Part shown: one piece after another, positions 19,810 to 30,254 of the stretch
Position numbering within the stretch: the stretch's first letter is position 1
How the letters are laid out: each line of letters opens with the position of its first letter
Assembly (NCBI RefSeq): GCF_000142905.1
Contig: NW_013657668.1
Span: 48,492-112,257 of the forward strand
Origin: Thecamonas trahens ATCC 50062
Lineage: Eukaryota; Protista; Apusomonadida
DNA length: 63,766 nt
Reading direction: 5' to 3'
Made by a program: the position numbers and the translations under genes
The notes under the pieces: generated by a model
What the model saw: only the letters and a program-made list of their open reading frames with translations
Told to the model about the DNA's origin: nothing
Databases searched by the model: none

Positions 19810-22800
19810 AGCTGCCGAGCCCGAGCCAGCTGCCGAGCCCAAGCCAGCTGCCGGGTAATCGCCCGAACCACCGCTGGCCGAACTGTCTTCTGACTGGCCA
19901 CCATGACTTGCATCTAGATCGCCATCATCCGACCGGCCACCGTCAGAATCGCGGGAGCTTCCGCTACCAGAGCCACTCCCAGAGCCACTCCCAGAGCCAC
20001 TCCCAGAGCCACTCCCGGAGCCACTCCCGGAGCCACTCCCGGAGCCACTCCCGGAGCCACTCCCGGAGCCACTCCCGGAGCCACTCTGGGTGCCACTGCC
20101 GGCACCGCTCGGGAAGCGGGAGATCTCCTCACCAGACGGGCCGGCGTCGGCGAGACTGACCTGGAACGCCTCATCAGCTGCCCGCTCCGCATCGACAAGC
20201 GCGCGGGCGAGCGTGATGTCACGGCCCATCGATGGGTCCGATCCGACAAGTGTTGATCTGACCTGCGTGGCGTCGTCCCGGGACACCGGCGACTGTCGCG
20301 GGTGCAGTGCGTACGGCATGCTCATCTTGCGCAGCGGCTGCGCCGCCCGCAGAGCCTCGTGCCGCATGTGCGGCCGCGACCGCGATCGGATCAGGCTCTG
20401 CGTAAGCGACACCATCGACGACCGCCGCTTCGCCCGGACCGAGGTGAGGAACTTGCGCGGCTCCTGCATCGGCCGCAGTGACCGCTTAACAAGCAGCACG
20501 TTGATCGAGTCAAAGAGCGAGGTAGCCGCATCAAACATGCCCTCGTCGGCTTCCTCCAGCGCAAGCATGCTCACCAACGAGCCCGAGGCAAGTAGACCTG
20601 GCGGCCCAACGCTGGCCGCCTGCTCGCCCTCGCTCTCGGTTCCGCTCGAGACAAACGATTCACCGTCCTCATCCCCACTGCCCAGCCCGAGCTCGTCCTT
20701 GGACATGTTGATCGAGTCGATGAGCTCGAGCTCGGTTTGTGTCGACCTCAGCGGAGCCGCCACCGGCGCAGTGCCCTCGCTCGCATCCCCACCGCCTGCT
20801 TCGGCCGACCGCGACAAGCTCATCACCGTCTCTTTCTCCACAGCCATGATCTCTTCGCAGAGCTTGGTCAGCTTCTCCGACAGCAGCCGCGCAGCAGCCT
20901 GCAGCTCGGCCGCGCCGTCGTTCGGCTCGACCTCGGCAATGGCTGCCGCCGGTGGAATGACTGTGTTCACCACTCCAGGCATGATGTCGTCGAGGTTGCC
21001 AATCGTGCTCATCATGCCCGCGACAAGCGTTGACTGCGCGCTCGAGTCCGCTCGTGTTCCGATGTCCAGTAGCAGCTTCAGCAGCGCGTCGACAGACTGC
21101 TGCATCTTGCCCACACCTTGCGACGCCACCGTCAGTCGCTCGTGCGCGAGCTGGCGCTCGCGATCCTCCTGCTCCAGCAGCGCACACGACGCTTCCTCAA
21201 AGTACTGCTGGAAGACCGTCATGGTCTCGGCCACTCGCCGCCTCTCCTCTTCAAGTGCAGTCGTCATCATCCGCAGCTCGCCCGGTGAAAGCTCACCGTT
21301 GTCAAACTCGCCTTCGCTCTCGCTCTCGCCCGCAATCGCGCCTTCGGCGCCCTCACTCGTCACCAGCAACAAGCCCGGCGTCTGCTTCAGCGGCGTTGAC
21401 ACAATGCCGCTCTGCGGCACCGGTGGCAGTAGCTCGCAGCTGACGTCTGTCTCCATGCTCAGTCCGCCGTCACCGTCATCGCCTCCAACCCGCATCACAG
21501 ACTCCATGTCAAAGCAGCCGCACAGCTTGGCCTCGACGCCCACGCTCACTTGCTCCATCCCGGCGTCGGCGGGCGGGGTGTCTGGCAACACAATTTCGGC
21601 CTCACCGAGCTGTGGCAAATGCTCTTCCATCGCGCGCTCGTGCAATAGCGCCACATGCTTTGCGAGTGCCGCGTTGTGGATCGCAGCCGCAGCGTACGAC
21701 GGCTCGTCATTCGTGTCAGACGCCGCGTCGCCGAGTGCCGCTTCCAGCTCGCCAATCTGCTGCCGCAGCACATGTTCATCGGTGTCCACAGGCAGCTCAC
21801 TCTCTGGCACGCCACTAGCCCACGCCCCGAGCTCGTCTGCCAGCACAGCAGACTGAGTCGCCAGCGCTGCCTGCCGCTCCGCCGCCCCACTTGCCTGGCG
21901 GACCTGCAGCTCGGCGCCGAGCATCCGCGCACGCGAAGAGAGCTGGCGGCAAACGAGCGTCTCGGCATGGTCCGGTCCCTGACGACGGCTGCGCGCCATC
22001 TGCACCTGTCGCAACAGCTGCTCGTTGTGGCGGGTCAAGGCAGCGATGCGGCCGGTTGTCCGACCCCGCGCCCGCGCCTCTGCCAGGCTCGACGTCAGGT
22101 CACGGACCTGGGCCCGCAGCTGGTGGGTCGCCGTGTCGCCGGCTTTGGGATGTAGCTCCAGGAGTTGCATCTCCTCGCTCAGCGCTGCCGAGTGGTACCG
22201 AATCGCCGGACCAATATCGCCTGTCTCATCGAGCACCAGAGCTTCGATCTGAGTCGTCATGGCGGCAAGCTGCTCGCGGAGCACAGTGTTGATCTCCGCT
22301 GCCGCCTGTGCGGTCGACGTCGCGGTGCCCTCACAGCTCGCCTCGTTCCCATTACAATCGCGCACCGCAAGTGGCGGTAGGTCGACCAAGTTGACTTGCA
22401 CAGCCTTGGACTCGGTTCCGACTCGCCTGACGGTCTTGACCCGTCGCCGGGTCCGTGACTTGGTCGGCGATGGCGACGGCGTCGGTACCAGTTCGGGCGC
22501 TGGCGGAGGCACGGCTGAGCCTTCAGTCGTCCCACCCACGGCCGACCGTGCGGGGGGTTCTGCGTCGTCGTCGGCCGCAAGCTCGCGCATAGCTGCCACA
22601 ATCGCGCCGATGTCGCCAGTCTGCGCAAGCATAATGTCGGACGCAGCCTTGAGTGGGTTACCAAGCAGCGAAAGCTCCTTGAGTTTGTGCAGCGATCCGA
22701 GCTCGAGCGGAATGGCCTCCAGGGTGTTGAACGATATGTCGAGCGTGATGAGGCTCTTGAGCGCAACCGTCCACGGGGGAAGCTTGCGGAATCTATTAGC

Positions 22801-23196
22801 CCCGAGCTGGAGGCCGCGAAGCCGAGTCAGATACGCCATCGATGGCGGCAGCGTCTCCAATGCATTGCCACGGCAGTAGAGCCACTCTAGCGACGGGAGC
22901 TTGTCAAAGACGTCCGGCAGCGACCGCAGTGCGTTGTGGTTGAGGTTGAGTCGCGTGAGAAACGAGAGCTCACCAAAGGCGACCGGAAGCTCGGTCAGCA
23001 TGTTTGACGCGAGGTTGAGATCCTCGGCGTGCTTGATGAACACAATGAGGCTCGGCTCGAGCTTGGCCAGCCCGTGGCTGCGGAGCGAGATCTTCCCTGT
23101 CTGGACCGACATCGCTGCATCAAGCGTGGCGTACACCTTGTCTCGCGACTTGTCGGCCACTTTGCCGCCCGACAGCACCCGCCGTCGCTTGGCCAT
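19672..23196 (-). CDS. Leucine-rich-repeat protein with long coiled-coil/helical region and Gly-Ser repeat tail
   Basis: About 6 LRRs (LNLASNMLTELP, LNLNHNALRSLP, LYCRGNALETLP, LQLGANRFRKLP, LDISFNTLEAIP, LSLLGNPL). Start taken as MAKRRRVLSGG at 23196; the ORF is open to 23913. Confidence 0.75.
19717..20090. repeat. Two coding minisatellites: (GAGCCC)n interspersed with GAGCCAGCTGCC (about 19717-19850) and 12-bp CCACTCCCRGAG x ~10 (about 19968-20090)
   Basis: Direct tandem repeats; they encode (GS)n and GSAAGS in the C-terminus of the minus-strand LRR protein. Confidence 0.9.
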
Positions 23197-23931
23197 CTCG
23201 GCGGAGAACCGTCGCCTTGCTCGCCCGGCAGCCAGCTTCCACTCGTGATGCTGCGGATGCAAATGTGACGAGACCGGAAGCCCGCCAGCATCGTCCGCAA
23301 CATCACCGGCGCCCTCGCGGCTCTTCTGCGGCGAGCGGCCGGGCGATACGCTTCCGCCCATGGCTCTGATCCACATCACGACCTGCGACTCGCGAGTAGC
23401 TCCGCCACAGCCTCTGGCATCGTCCGGTGCTTGCCCACCCCCCACCCGCGCCTGCGCCCGCGCCCGCACTTGAGCCGCCACCAACACCGACAGAACCGAC
23501 GCCACCAACAGCACTGACGGTACGGCGAGTCTTCTTGTAGCCCTGCATACTCTGTGAGCTGTTGTGAAGCTCGCTCCGACCGCTCCGCTTCCTCCGACCG
23601 CTCCGCTCGCTCCGCCGCCGCTTGCCCGCCAGCTCGCTGCGTCGCGAGCTGTGGCGGTGCGAACGGGAGCGCTGTTGATGCTCTCCACTCGGGCTCTCGT
23701 CGTAGACGTCATCCCGGGCCCGAGCAGTACGCGACTGTGTGTGGGACATGGACATGACGTGGCCTCGTGGAGACGAGTGGCACGCCCTGCCTGCGCGAAC
23801 GCTCGCAGTTGGCGGCGGTCGGGGCCCGAGCGGTTCGTGGCGCTGCACAAAGCGCGATGATGGGGATTCGTTTTCATTCCGGCTACTTGTCTTGCGCTCA
23901 CTCGCAAAGACACAACACAGAGGCACGCGCA

Positions 23932-25024
23932 TCAGTCGTCATCAGACGACGAGTCGTCGTCGGAGGACTCGGCCGTCGCTATTGCGAGCGCCGAGTCGCG
24001 CAGCTCGGCCGGGACGAGCTGGTGGCGGCCGCCTGAGGCGCGGCAGACCCACGAGAGCTCAAGCTCGTACTCCTTGTCCTTGTCCGAGTCGTGGACAGAG
24101 TGAATCATCTTGGCGATCTCAACAACAGCCTCCTCACAGGTCATCGACTCGAGGTCAAGCTTCTCGATGTCGGTCTTGCACGCGGCCTTGCCCTTGCCGA
24201 CGGCAACGCCAAAGTAGCCGTACGCCTCGCCGGACGGCTGGATCATGTACAGCTGCGGGCCCGCGGCCTCGGTCCACGAGCCGAGGAGCAGGGCACAGCC
24301 GAACGGGCGCACACCGCCGTACAGCGTGTAGACTTGCGCAAACGAGGCCAGCCGCTCAGTGAGGACCTTGACCGAGATCTCCTCGCCGTACGTCGACTTC
24401 CACGCGTTTGCCTCCTGGTTACCGCGGTTGATGAGCGCCCGTGCGTCGGCCACAAGGCCCGACGACGCGACTCCAATGTGCCGGCCAATGGTCGACACCC
24501 GACGGTTCGAGCCGTGCAGGAGCATCGGCGAGATGAGGAGCTTCTCCACCCCAAACACCACCCCATCCGAGACGCGAATGCCCACCGCAGTGCCCGAGTT
24601 GTCCACAGCCTTGGACGCGTACTCCACCTGGAACACCCGCCCGTCCGGCGAATACGTCGTCGACGAGAGGTCGTACTACACATTCCCACAGCATCCGCAT
24701 CACATCCCGCATGCCCACCCTCGTCCCCTCGTTAGTCCTTTCCCTCTCTATCCCGCGTGCCAGACCGAGTGCGACCTGTCGGCCGAATCGGCCGCACCCG
24801 CCGAAAGACCTCGCCAGCTGCTCCCCTTCCCCCCTCCCCTCCCCTCCCCTCCCCCATCCCCCCCATCCCCCCCATCCCCCCCCATCCCTCCCCCCTCCTC
24901 CCCCCCCACTACCATTTCCTCCTCCAACCCCTCATTCTTTCCTCCCACACTTCCCCAGCGTTTGCCGAGGTAGCCACGTTCTTCACCGAGCAAGTGTGAA
25001 ACGGGAGCGACCTGCCACCAAAGC

Positions 25025-25086
<62 letters not shown>

Positions 25087-25167
25087 CACTCGCCCCCCCC
25101 CCCTCCCTCCCTCCCTCCAAACCCATCCAACTCATGCACAGCGTACCCCAGTTCCAATAGAAGACAT
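23932..25167 (-). CDS. PSMA3: 20S proteasome subunit alpha 7 (alpha type-3); exons 25167-25147, 24675-23932
   Basis: Spliced N-terminus MSSIGTG|YDLSSTTYSPDGRVFQVEYA; YTLYGGVRPFG; ELELSWV; acidic tail; intron GTACGC..TAG. Confidence 0.95.
25026..25085. repeat. (GCCA)n tetranucleotide microsatellite inside the PSMA3 intron
   Basis: About 15 tandem copies seen directly. Confidence 0.95.
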
Positions 25168-25406
25168 GGTGAGAGAGGAGAGAGCGGTGCCAATGGCAAT
25201 GGTAGCGCGGCCAGTGCGAAAGCTCACCTCCTCTCGCACTCGCTCACCTCTTCCTCGACCTGGCTGCTCCTTTGGTTGATACTCTGGTTGTCGCTTTGGC
25301 TTTTTGACAATGATCGGCCAATGATCGGTCAATGACAGTCATTGGGCTTCGTCTTGGACCATTCATTCGCACTGTGGCACGCTTCTCGCTTGAATTCACC
25401 TGAAAC
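25168..25406. promoter_or_regulatory. Putative bidirectional promoter between PSMA3 and the LIM gene, with CCAAT-like elements
   Basis: 239-bp lower-GC spacer between divergent ATGs; contains the direct repeat AATGATCGGCC-AATGATCGGTC-AATGA and an ATTGG. Confidence 0.45.
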
Positions 25407-26217
25407 ATGGCGTCGACTTGCCACGGCTGCACGCAGGCTCTGGAGGGGGCGTACGCAATAGGGAGGAGAGGAAGGAAGGGGGGAGGGAAGGGGGAAGGCA
25501 GGGGGGGGGGGGGGAGGAATGCGGAGAAGGGGGAGGAGGAGGGGGAACAGGCATATAGCTTACATGTGATGGACGTGGTGGTGATGGCGGTGGCGGTGGC
25601 GGTGGCGGTGGCGATGATCGGTGGCCGGGGCTCTCTGCTTGTTACGCAGATACATCACGGCGCTGGACGCCTCGTGGCACAATGAGTGCTTCAAATGCGG
25701 ACACTGTGGCAGTCAGTTTGCATCGGGCCAGTTTACTGTGGCCGATGGCAAACCGTTTTGCAACGTGGCCTGCGCCAACGGGAAGGACTCGCTGGCGTGT
25801 GCTGCCTGCGGCGAGCCGGCAACCGAGGGCGCGGTGGTGACGGCTGGGGAGGATACCTACCACAAGGCATGCTTTGTCTGCCGGACGTGCTCGGCGGAGC
25901 TGGGCGTGTCGTATGTGACGTCGGCCGGGCGCAAGTTCTGCAACCAGACGTGCTTTGAGAACGCACCCGAGATGACGCCCGAGGAGATCAAGTCCAAGGC
26001 TTCCGAGGTCACCGACAGTGGCGTCAAGCCGATTCAGAAGCTCGAGCCCATCGCCCTTGCCGGCGTCTCATCTGATGCCGAGGTCGCCCAGCTCGCCGCC
26101 GCCAAGGCCGCCGAGGTCGAAGCGGCCGGCGGCGACAACAGTCTCGCAGCCATGCGCAAGAACATGCTCGCCGACGCGCTGGCTAAGGAGCAGGAGCAGG
26201 AGCAGGCGCAAGCTTAG
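25407..26217 (+). CDS. Protein with two LIM domains; exons 25407-25450, 25650-26217
   Basis: Splicing (GTACGC..CAG) gives CHGC..ALDASWHNECFKCGHC..PFCNVAC and CAAC..YHKACFVCRTC..FCNQTC. Confidence 0.88.
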
Positions 26218-26459
26218 ACAGATTGTTCACAACCATACAACCATACAACTACTACCTACTACCATCTTGTTAAATCTCGCACCATCATGACCAGGCTCAT
26301 GACTACTACCACCACCACCACCACCACCGGCCACAGTCGGCCGACCGCCACCCCACCGGCAGAGACTACACGTCGCTCGCCGCACGCCCAATACCCAACT
26401 CCCAGCCTCCTCCCTCCCCCCCCCCCCCTCCCCCCCATACACGCACAGGTGAAGAAGCC

Positions 26460-27609
26460 ATGGCAAACAAAGAGGACGACACGGTCCAGCGGGAGATGGT
26501 CAAGGTGGTGGCGGACATGATGCGGTCTGCCGGCGACTCGGCGACGTCCGACTCGGAGGCTGTGGAGCTGATGCTGGACATTGCCCGCAAGTACATGCTG
26601 CAGCTGTTGAACAAGGCGGTAGGCACAGCTCAGCGGAATGGTGCAAGCAAGGTCTCGGTCGACGACGTGGTGTTTAGCACCCGTGGTGAGCCGGCTGTCC
26701 ACGCCCATGTGGCCTTCTTTCTCGACGCCAAGACCGCCAGGTCGCAGGCCGAGAAGGCTGGCCCGGGCGACGGTGATGGCGGCGACGGGGACGGTGACAT
26801 GGCACTGGGTGACGACGATGACGACGACGATGAGGCTGATGTCGGTGACGACGGCGAGAGCGAGGCTGATGACGATGGCGAAGACGACGACGACGAGGCC
26901 GAGGACGACGACGGCGGACACGAGTTGGTGACCGAGGAGATGGCCCAGAAGAAGGCTGCAGCGCTCGCTGCTGCACACAAGTCGCAGCGCAAGCGCAAGC
27001 GCAACACCCATACACTCATGTCGTTTGTGTATCAGCTCCCGCGGGACGCGCTCGAGTACACTGGCGTCCACCCCGACAAGATCGAGGCGAGCATCGACCG
27101 GGCGCTCGACATCCGCCACCTGTACCACCGCAAGCGGCTCAAGCAAGATGTCGAGCTGACCGAGGACCTCTCCAAGGAGGAGTACTTTGAGTTTGCCGAC
27201 TCGCGCAAGCAGTCGTTCTTCCGTGGCAGCCGGGAGCGCAAGCGTAACTTCCGGACCTGGCTCGCGCTCGCACGGTTTGGTATCAAGATGACCGATCCTG
27301 CGCTCGAGCTGGTGGCCCACCTCGGCCGTGAGCGGGTCCGCGACGTCACCCTCCTCGCGCTCGATGTCAAGGCTGTGGCCGACGCCGCAGCGGTCANNNN
27401 NNNNNNNNNNNNNNNNNNNNNNNNNNNNNNNNNNNNNNNNNNNNNNNNNNNNNNNNNNNNNNNNNNNNNNNNNNNNNNNNNNNNNNNNNNNNNNNNGCGC
27501 CGCGCCGCGGACCGGCGTCTTTGAAACGGTCGTTGCGCTTCAACCGCCGCACGTCCTGGAGGCCTTTCGCCGCATCCAGCAGCGCCAGCGCAAGGTGAGC
27601 CTCGTGTAG
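26460..27609 (+). CDS. SUPT3H: SAGA subunit Spt3 (TFIID-18kDa family), spanning an assembly gap
   Basis: Histone-fold N-terminus (ADMMRSAGD...SKVSVDDVVF), LSKEEYFEFADSRKQSF..RNFRTWL, and after the gap LQPPHVLEAFRRIQ. Confidence 0.8.
27397..27496. other. Assembly gap (100 N)
   Basis: Run of N. Confidence 1.
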
Positions 27610-27666
27610 CGCAGCTGCGGTGCCTGCGGTAGGGTACTTCAATTAGCGGGTTGGGCCACGCGCGGC

Positions 27667-28359
27667 TCACTCGATGTCCATGGCGGCGCGATCGCGGGCA
27701 AACTCGGCGCGAGCGCTCGAGGCCGTTGGAACGGCCGTGAGCAATGCGGCGAGGGCCGGGCGGGCAGTGGTGAGCTTCTCGATCAGCTCGCGGAGCTCCA
27801 TGATCGACTCGACGGCGCCCGAGGTGAGGCGCGGAATGTCCTGGGTTTCGACCGCACGGGCCCGGGCGCCGGCCTTCATGGCGACGATCTGCTCAGAGAC
27901 GTACGAGAGGCGCTGGTTGGAGGATGTTGTAAGTTCGATTTCGGCCCGCATGATCTTGTTGCGGAAGCGGAGGCGGGCGGCGCGGCTACGGCGAGCCTCG
28001 AGCGCAGCGTCGAGTTCGGCCTCGTCGTCGTCGGTGTAGAGCTTGTTCGGCAGCTTGTATTCGGGTACATCAAACTCGCGCGGGACGTTGAAGATCTTGA
28101 GCAGGGCATACTTTTCAAACACCGCCAGGTTGGCATCCAGCGCCGACCTCAGCGCGTCGGCGTAGTCGTTGAGCGCCGTGGTGGCTGCGGCTGTGAGCTT
28201 GGCCTGGACTGACTCTGCCACGGCCTTCTTCCGGATGCGCTTGATGATGGCCGCCTCCATGGCGTCCACAGCATTGCACACATACTCGTTGACCATGTTG
28301 GTCACTGCGTCTGTCACCTCGAGCGGCGAGGTCTCGAAGAAGACCACGTTGCGGTTCAT
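27667..28359 (-). CDS. MIS12: Kinetochore protein Mis12
   Basis: FFETSPLEVTDAVTNMVNEY and ALDANLAVFEKYALLKIFNVP match the two conserved Mis12 blocks; coiled-coil C-terminus. Confidence 0.75.
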   Translation of the reverse strand: MNRNVVFFETSPLEVTDAVTNMVNEYVCNAVDAMEAAIIKRIRKKAVAESVQAKLTAAATTALNDYADALRSALDANLAVFEKYALLKIFNVPREFDVPEYKLPNKLYTDDDEAELDAALEARRSRAARLRFRNKIMRAEIELTTSSNQRLSYVSEQIVAMKAGARARAVETQDIPRLTSGAVESIMELRELIEKLTTARPALAALLTAVPTASSARAEFARDRAAMDIE

Positions 28360-28973
28360 GGCCGGTCTTGGCGCCAACTGGCTGCCTGTGGCTGTGTGCG
28401 GTAGGGGGGGGGGGCGAGAGGGAGAGGGGAGGAAAGGAGGAGGAGGGGTTGTTGGATTAGGTGGCGGGTGTGTAGTGGTGGGCGTGGGCGTGGTGTGGTG
28501 GGCCGTGGGCCTGTGCGGGTGTGGGTGGGGGGGTGGGGGGGGGGCGAGGTGGAGGCGGTGGTCGTGATCGGGTACCACCAGATCGATCGGGCTTTGATCA
28601 AAGCCACAACAAAAGACGGCCAGCCCCTCCCTGCTTCCTCCCCGCATGTTTTTGATCGTGCCCATCGACGCTCACTTACTGCGCAACTGCAGACCGCACA
28701 TATACTGCACACCTCATGCACAAGCGCACGACTCGACGGGAGCCTGTGGGCACAGGTTAGATGAGGAAAACGGCGGGCGGCTGGCCGAGCTGGGGCGAAA
28801 AAAGGTCGTGGTTTCAGACTGCGGTGTGCCGGTGAACGCCGGTTTGGCGCCAAGACGGGCCCATGACGCGGCGAAGGAGCAGAGGGGAAGGAGGGGGGGG
28901 GACAGGGAGAGGACGAGGTCGGGAGGGAAGACCACCACACTTGCGCATTGTGAGAGCAGACTGAAGCAGAAGC

Positions 28974-29918
28974 ATGCTGAACGGAGTGCGCGGAGCAATG
29001 AGGAGCAGCTGTGGGCTTACAGGGCTTGCAGGCTTGGGCCGTGTGGGGCTGGCGCGGGTCCATGCAGCGGCGCGCAAGGTGAAGGGCGGCGACGGCGGCG
29101 AGGGCGAGGGCCGTGTGGTGGTGGTCACGTCGGGCAAGGGCGGAGTGGGCAAGACCACGACGTCGGCATCGATGGCGTACCGGCTGGCGGAGCTCGGGCA
29201 CAAGACGGTGGCCATCGACTTTGACATCGGCCTGCGCAACCTCGACTTGCACCTCGGCATGGAGCGCCGGGTGGTCTTCGACTTTGTCAACGTCCTGCAG
29301 GGCGAGGCAGAGCTCCGGCAGGCACTGATCAAGGATCGCCGCAACGACAACCTGTATGTGCTTGCGGCGTCGCAGACGCGTGACAAGACTGCGCTCACGC
29401 TCGAGGGCGTCGAGAAGGTCATCAACCAGCTCAAGCAGCAGTTTGACTATGTTCTCTGCGACTCGCCGGCAGGCATTGAGTCTGGTGCGCACCACGCCAT
29501 GTACTTTGCCGACGAGGCCATTGTGTGCACAAACCCGGAGCTGTCGTCTGTGCGCGACTCGGACAAGATGATCGGCCTGCTGGCGTCCAAGTCCAAGCGC
29601 GCCGCCGACGGCCGCGAGCCCATCGACGCGTACCTGCTCATCACTCGGTACGAGCCTGAGCGGGTCGCTGACGCCAACATGCTCTCGGTCTCGGACATTT
29701 CCGAGATGCTTGGCATCCCGCTCCTTGGCGTCATCCCCAACTCTGAGGCCGTCCTCACCTCGACCAACCTCGGCCAGCCCGTCGTCATGCAGGATCCCAA
29801 CGAGGTTGACTGCTCCGGCGCCTTCCGCGACTTTGTTGACCGCTTCCTCGGCAAGGATATCCCTCTTCGCTTCCTCGAGCCCAAGAAGAAGGGTTTCCTC
29901 TCCAAGCTCTTCAGCTGA
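28974..29918 (+). CDS. minD: Septum site-determining ATPase MinD with N-terminal mitochondrial-type presequence
   Basis: VVTSGKGGVGKTT, DFDIGLRNLDLHLGMERRVVFD, DSPAGIESG, NPELSSVRDSDK, C-terminal amphipathic KKGFLSKLF; ~45-aa Arg/Gly/Leu-rich extension with no acidic residue in the first ~39 aa. Confidence 0.95.
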   Translation: MLNGVRGAMRSSCGLTGLAGLGRVGLARVHAAARKVKGGDGGEGEGRVVVVTSGKGGVGKTTTSASMAYRLAELGHKTVAIDFDIGLRNLDLHLGMERRVVFDFVNVLQGEAELRQALIKDRRNDNLYVLAASQTRDKTALTLEGVEKVINQLKQQFDYVLCDSPAGIESGAHHAMYFADEAIVCTNPELSSVRDSDKMIGLLASKSKRAADGREPIDAYLLITRYEPERVADANMLSVSDISEMLGIPLLGVIPNSEAVLTSTNLGQPVVMQDPNEVDCSGAFRDFVDRFLGKDIPLRFLEPKKKGFLSKLFS

Positions 29919-30254
29919 TGAGGCCGGAGAAAAGCGTAGCTCTAAATCCATTGTACTCTGCATCCACCCAACCCCGTGCATCCGCCACTGCACCTTGCAT
30001 CCACCCGATCCCCCGCATCCACCATTGCATCTTGCATCCATCCGTTCTCCCGCATTTACTGCATCTTCCCATCCCCCCTCCTCCCCCCCTTCCCCCCTTC
30101 CACCGCCGCGACACGTGCAGCGCGGCCAATTCGGTTTCTCTCAGCTGTCAACGGCCGCACCGGCGGCACACACCCGCCCCCGCCCCCCCTCCGCCCCTCC
30201 CCCCTCCCTTCCTCTCCCCCACCTCACCCACGCCCCACCACCCCACGGCGTACC

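Noticed and set aside
23197-23913. N-terminal 239 aa of the 1413-aa ORF
   Set aside because: Low-information sequence starting 19 bp from the PSMA3 stop; more likely UTR/intergenic DNA open by chance. Start placed at 23196, not proven.
27390-27530. Apparent frameshift in Spt3
   Set aside because: It coincides with a 100-N placeholder gap of unknown true length.
28974-29918. Bacterial contamination or a prokaryotic island (minD; also the MerA-like gene)
   Set aside because: Both have eukaryote-specific additions (presequence, DEP domain), host-like composition and contiguous eukaryotic neighbours, with no operon partners such as minC/minE or mer genes.
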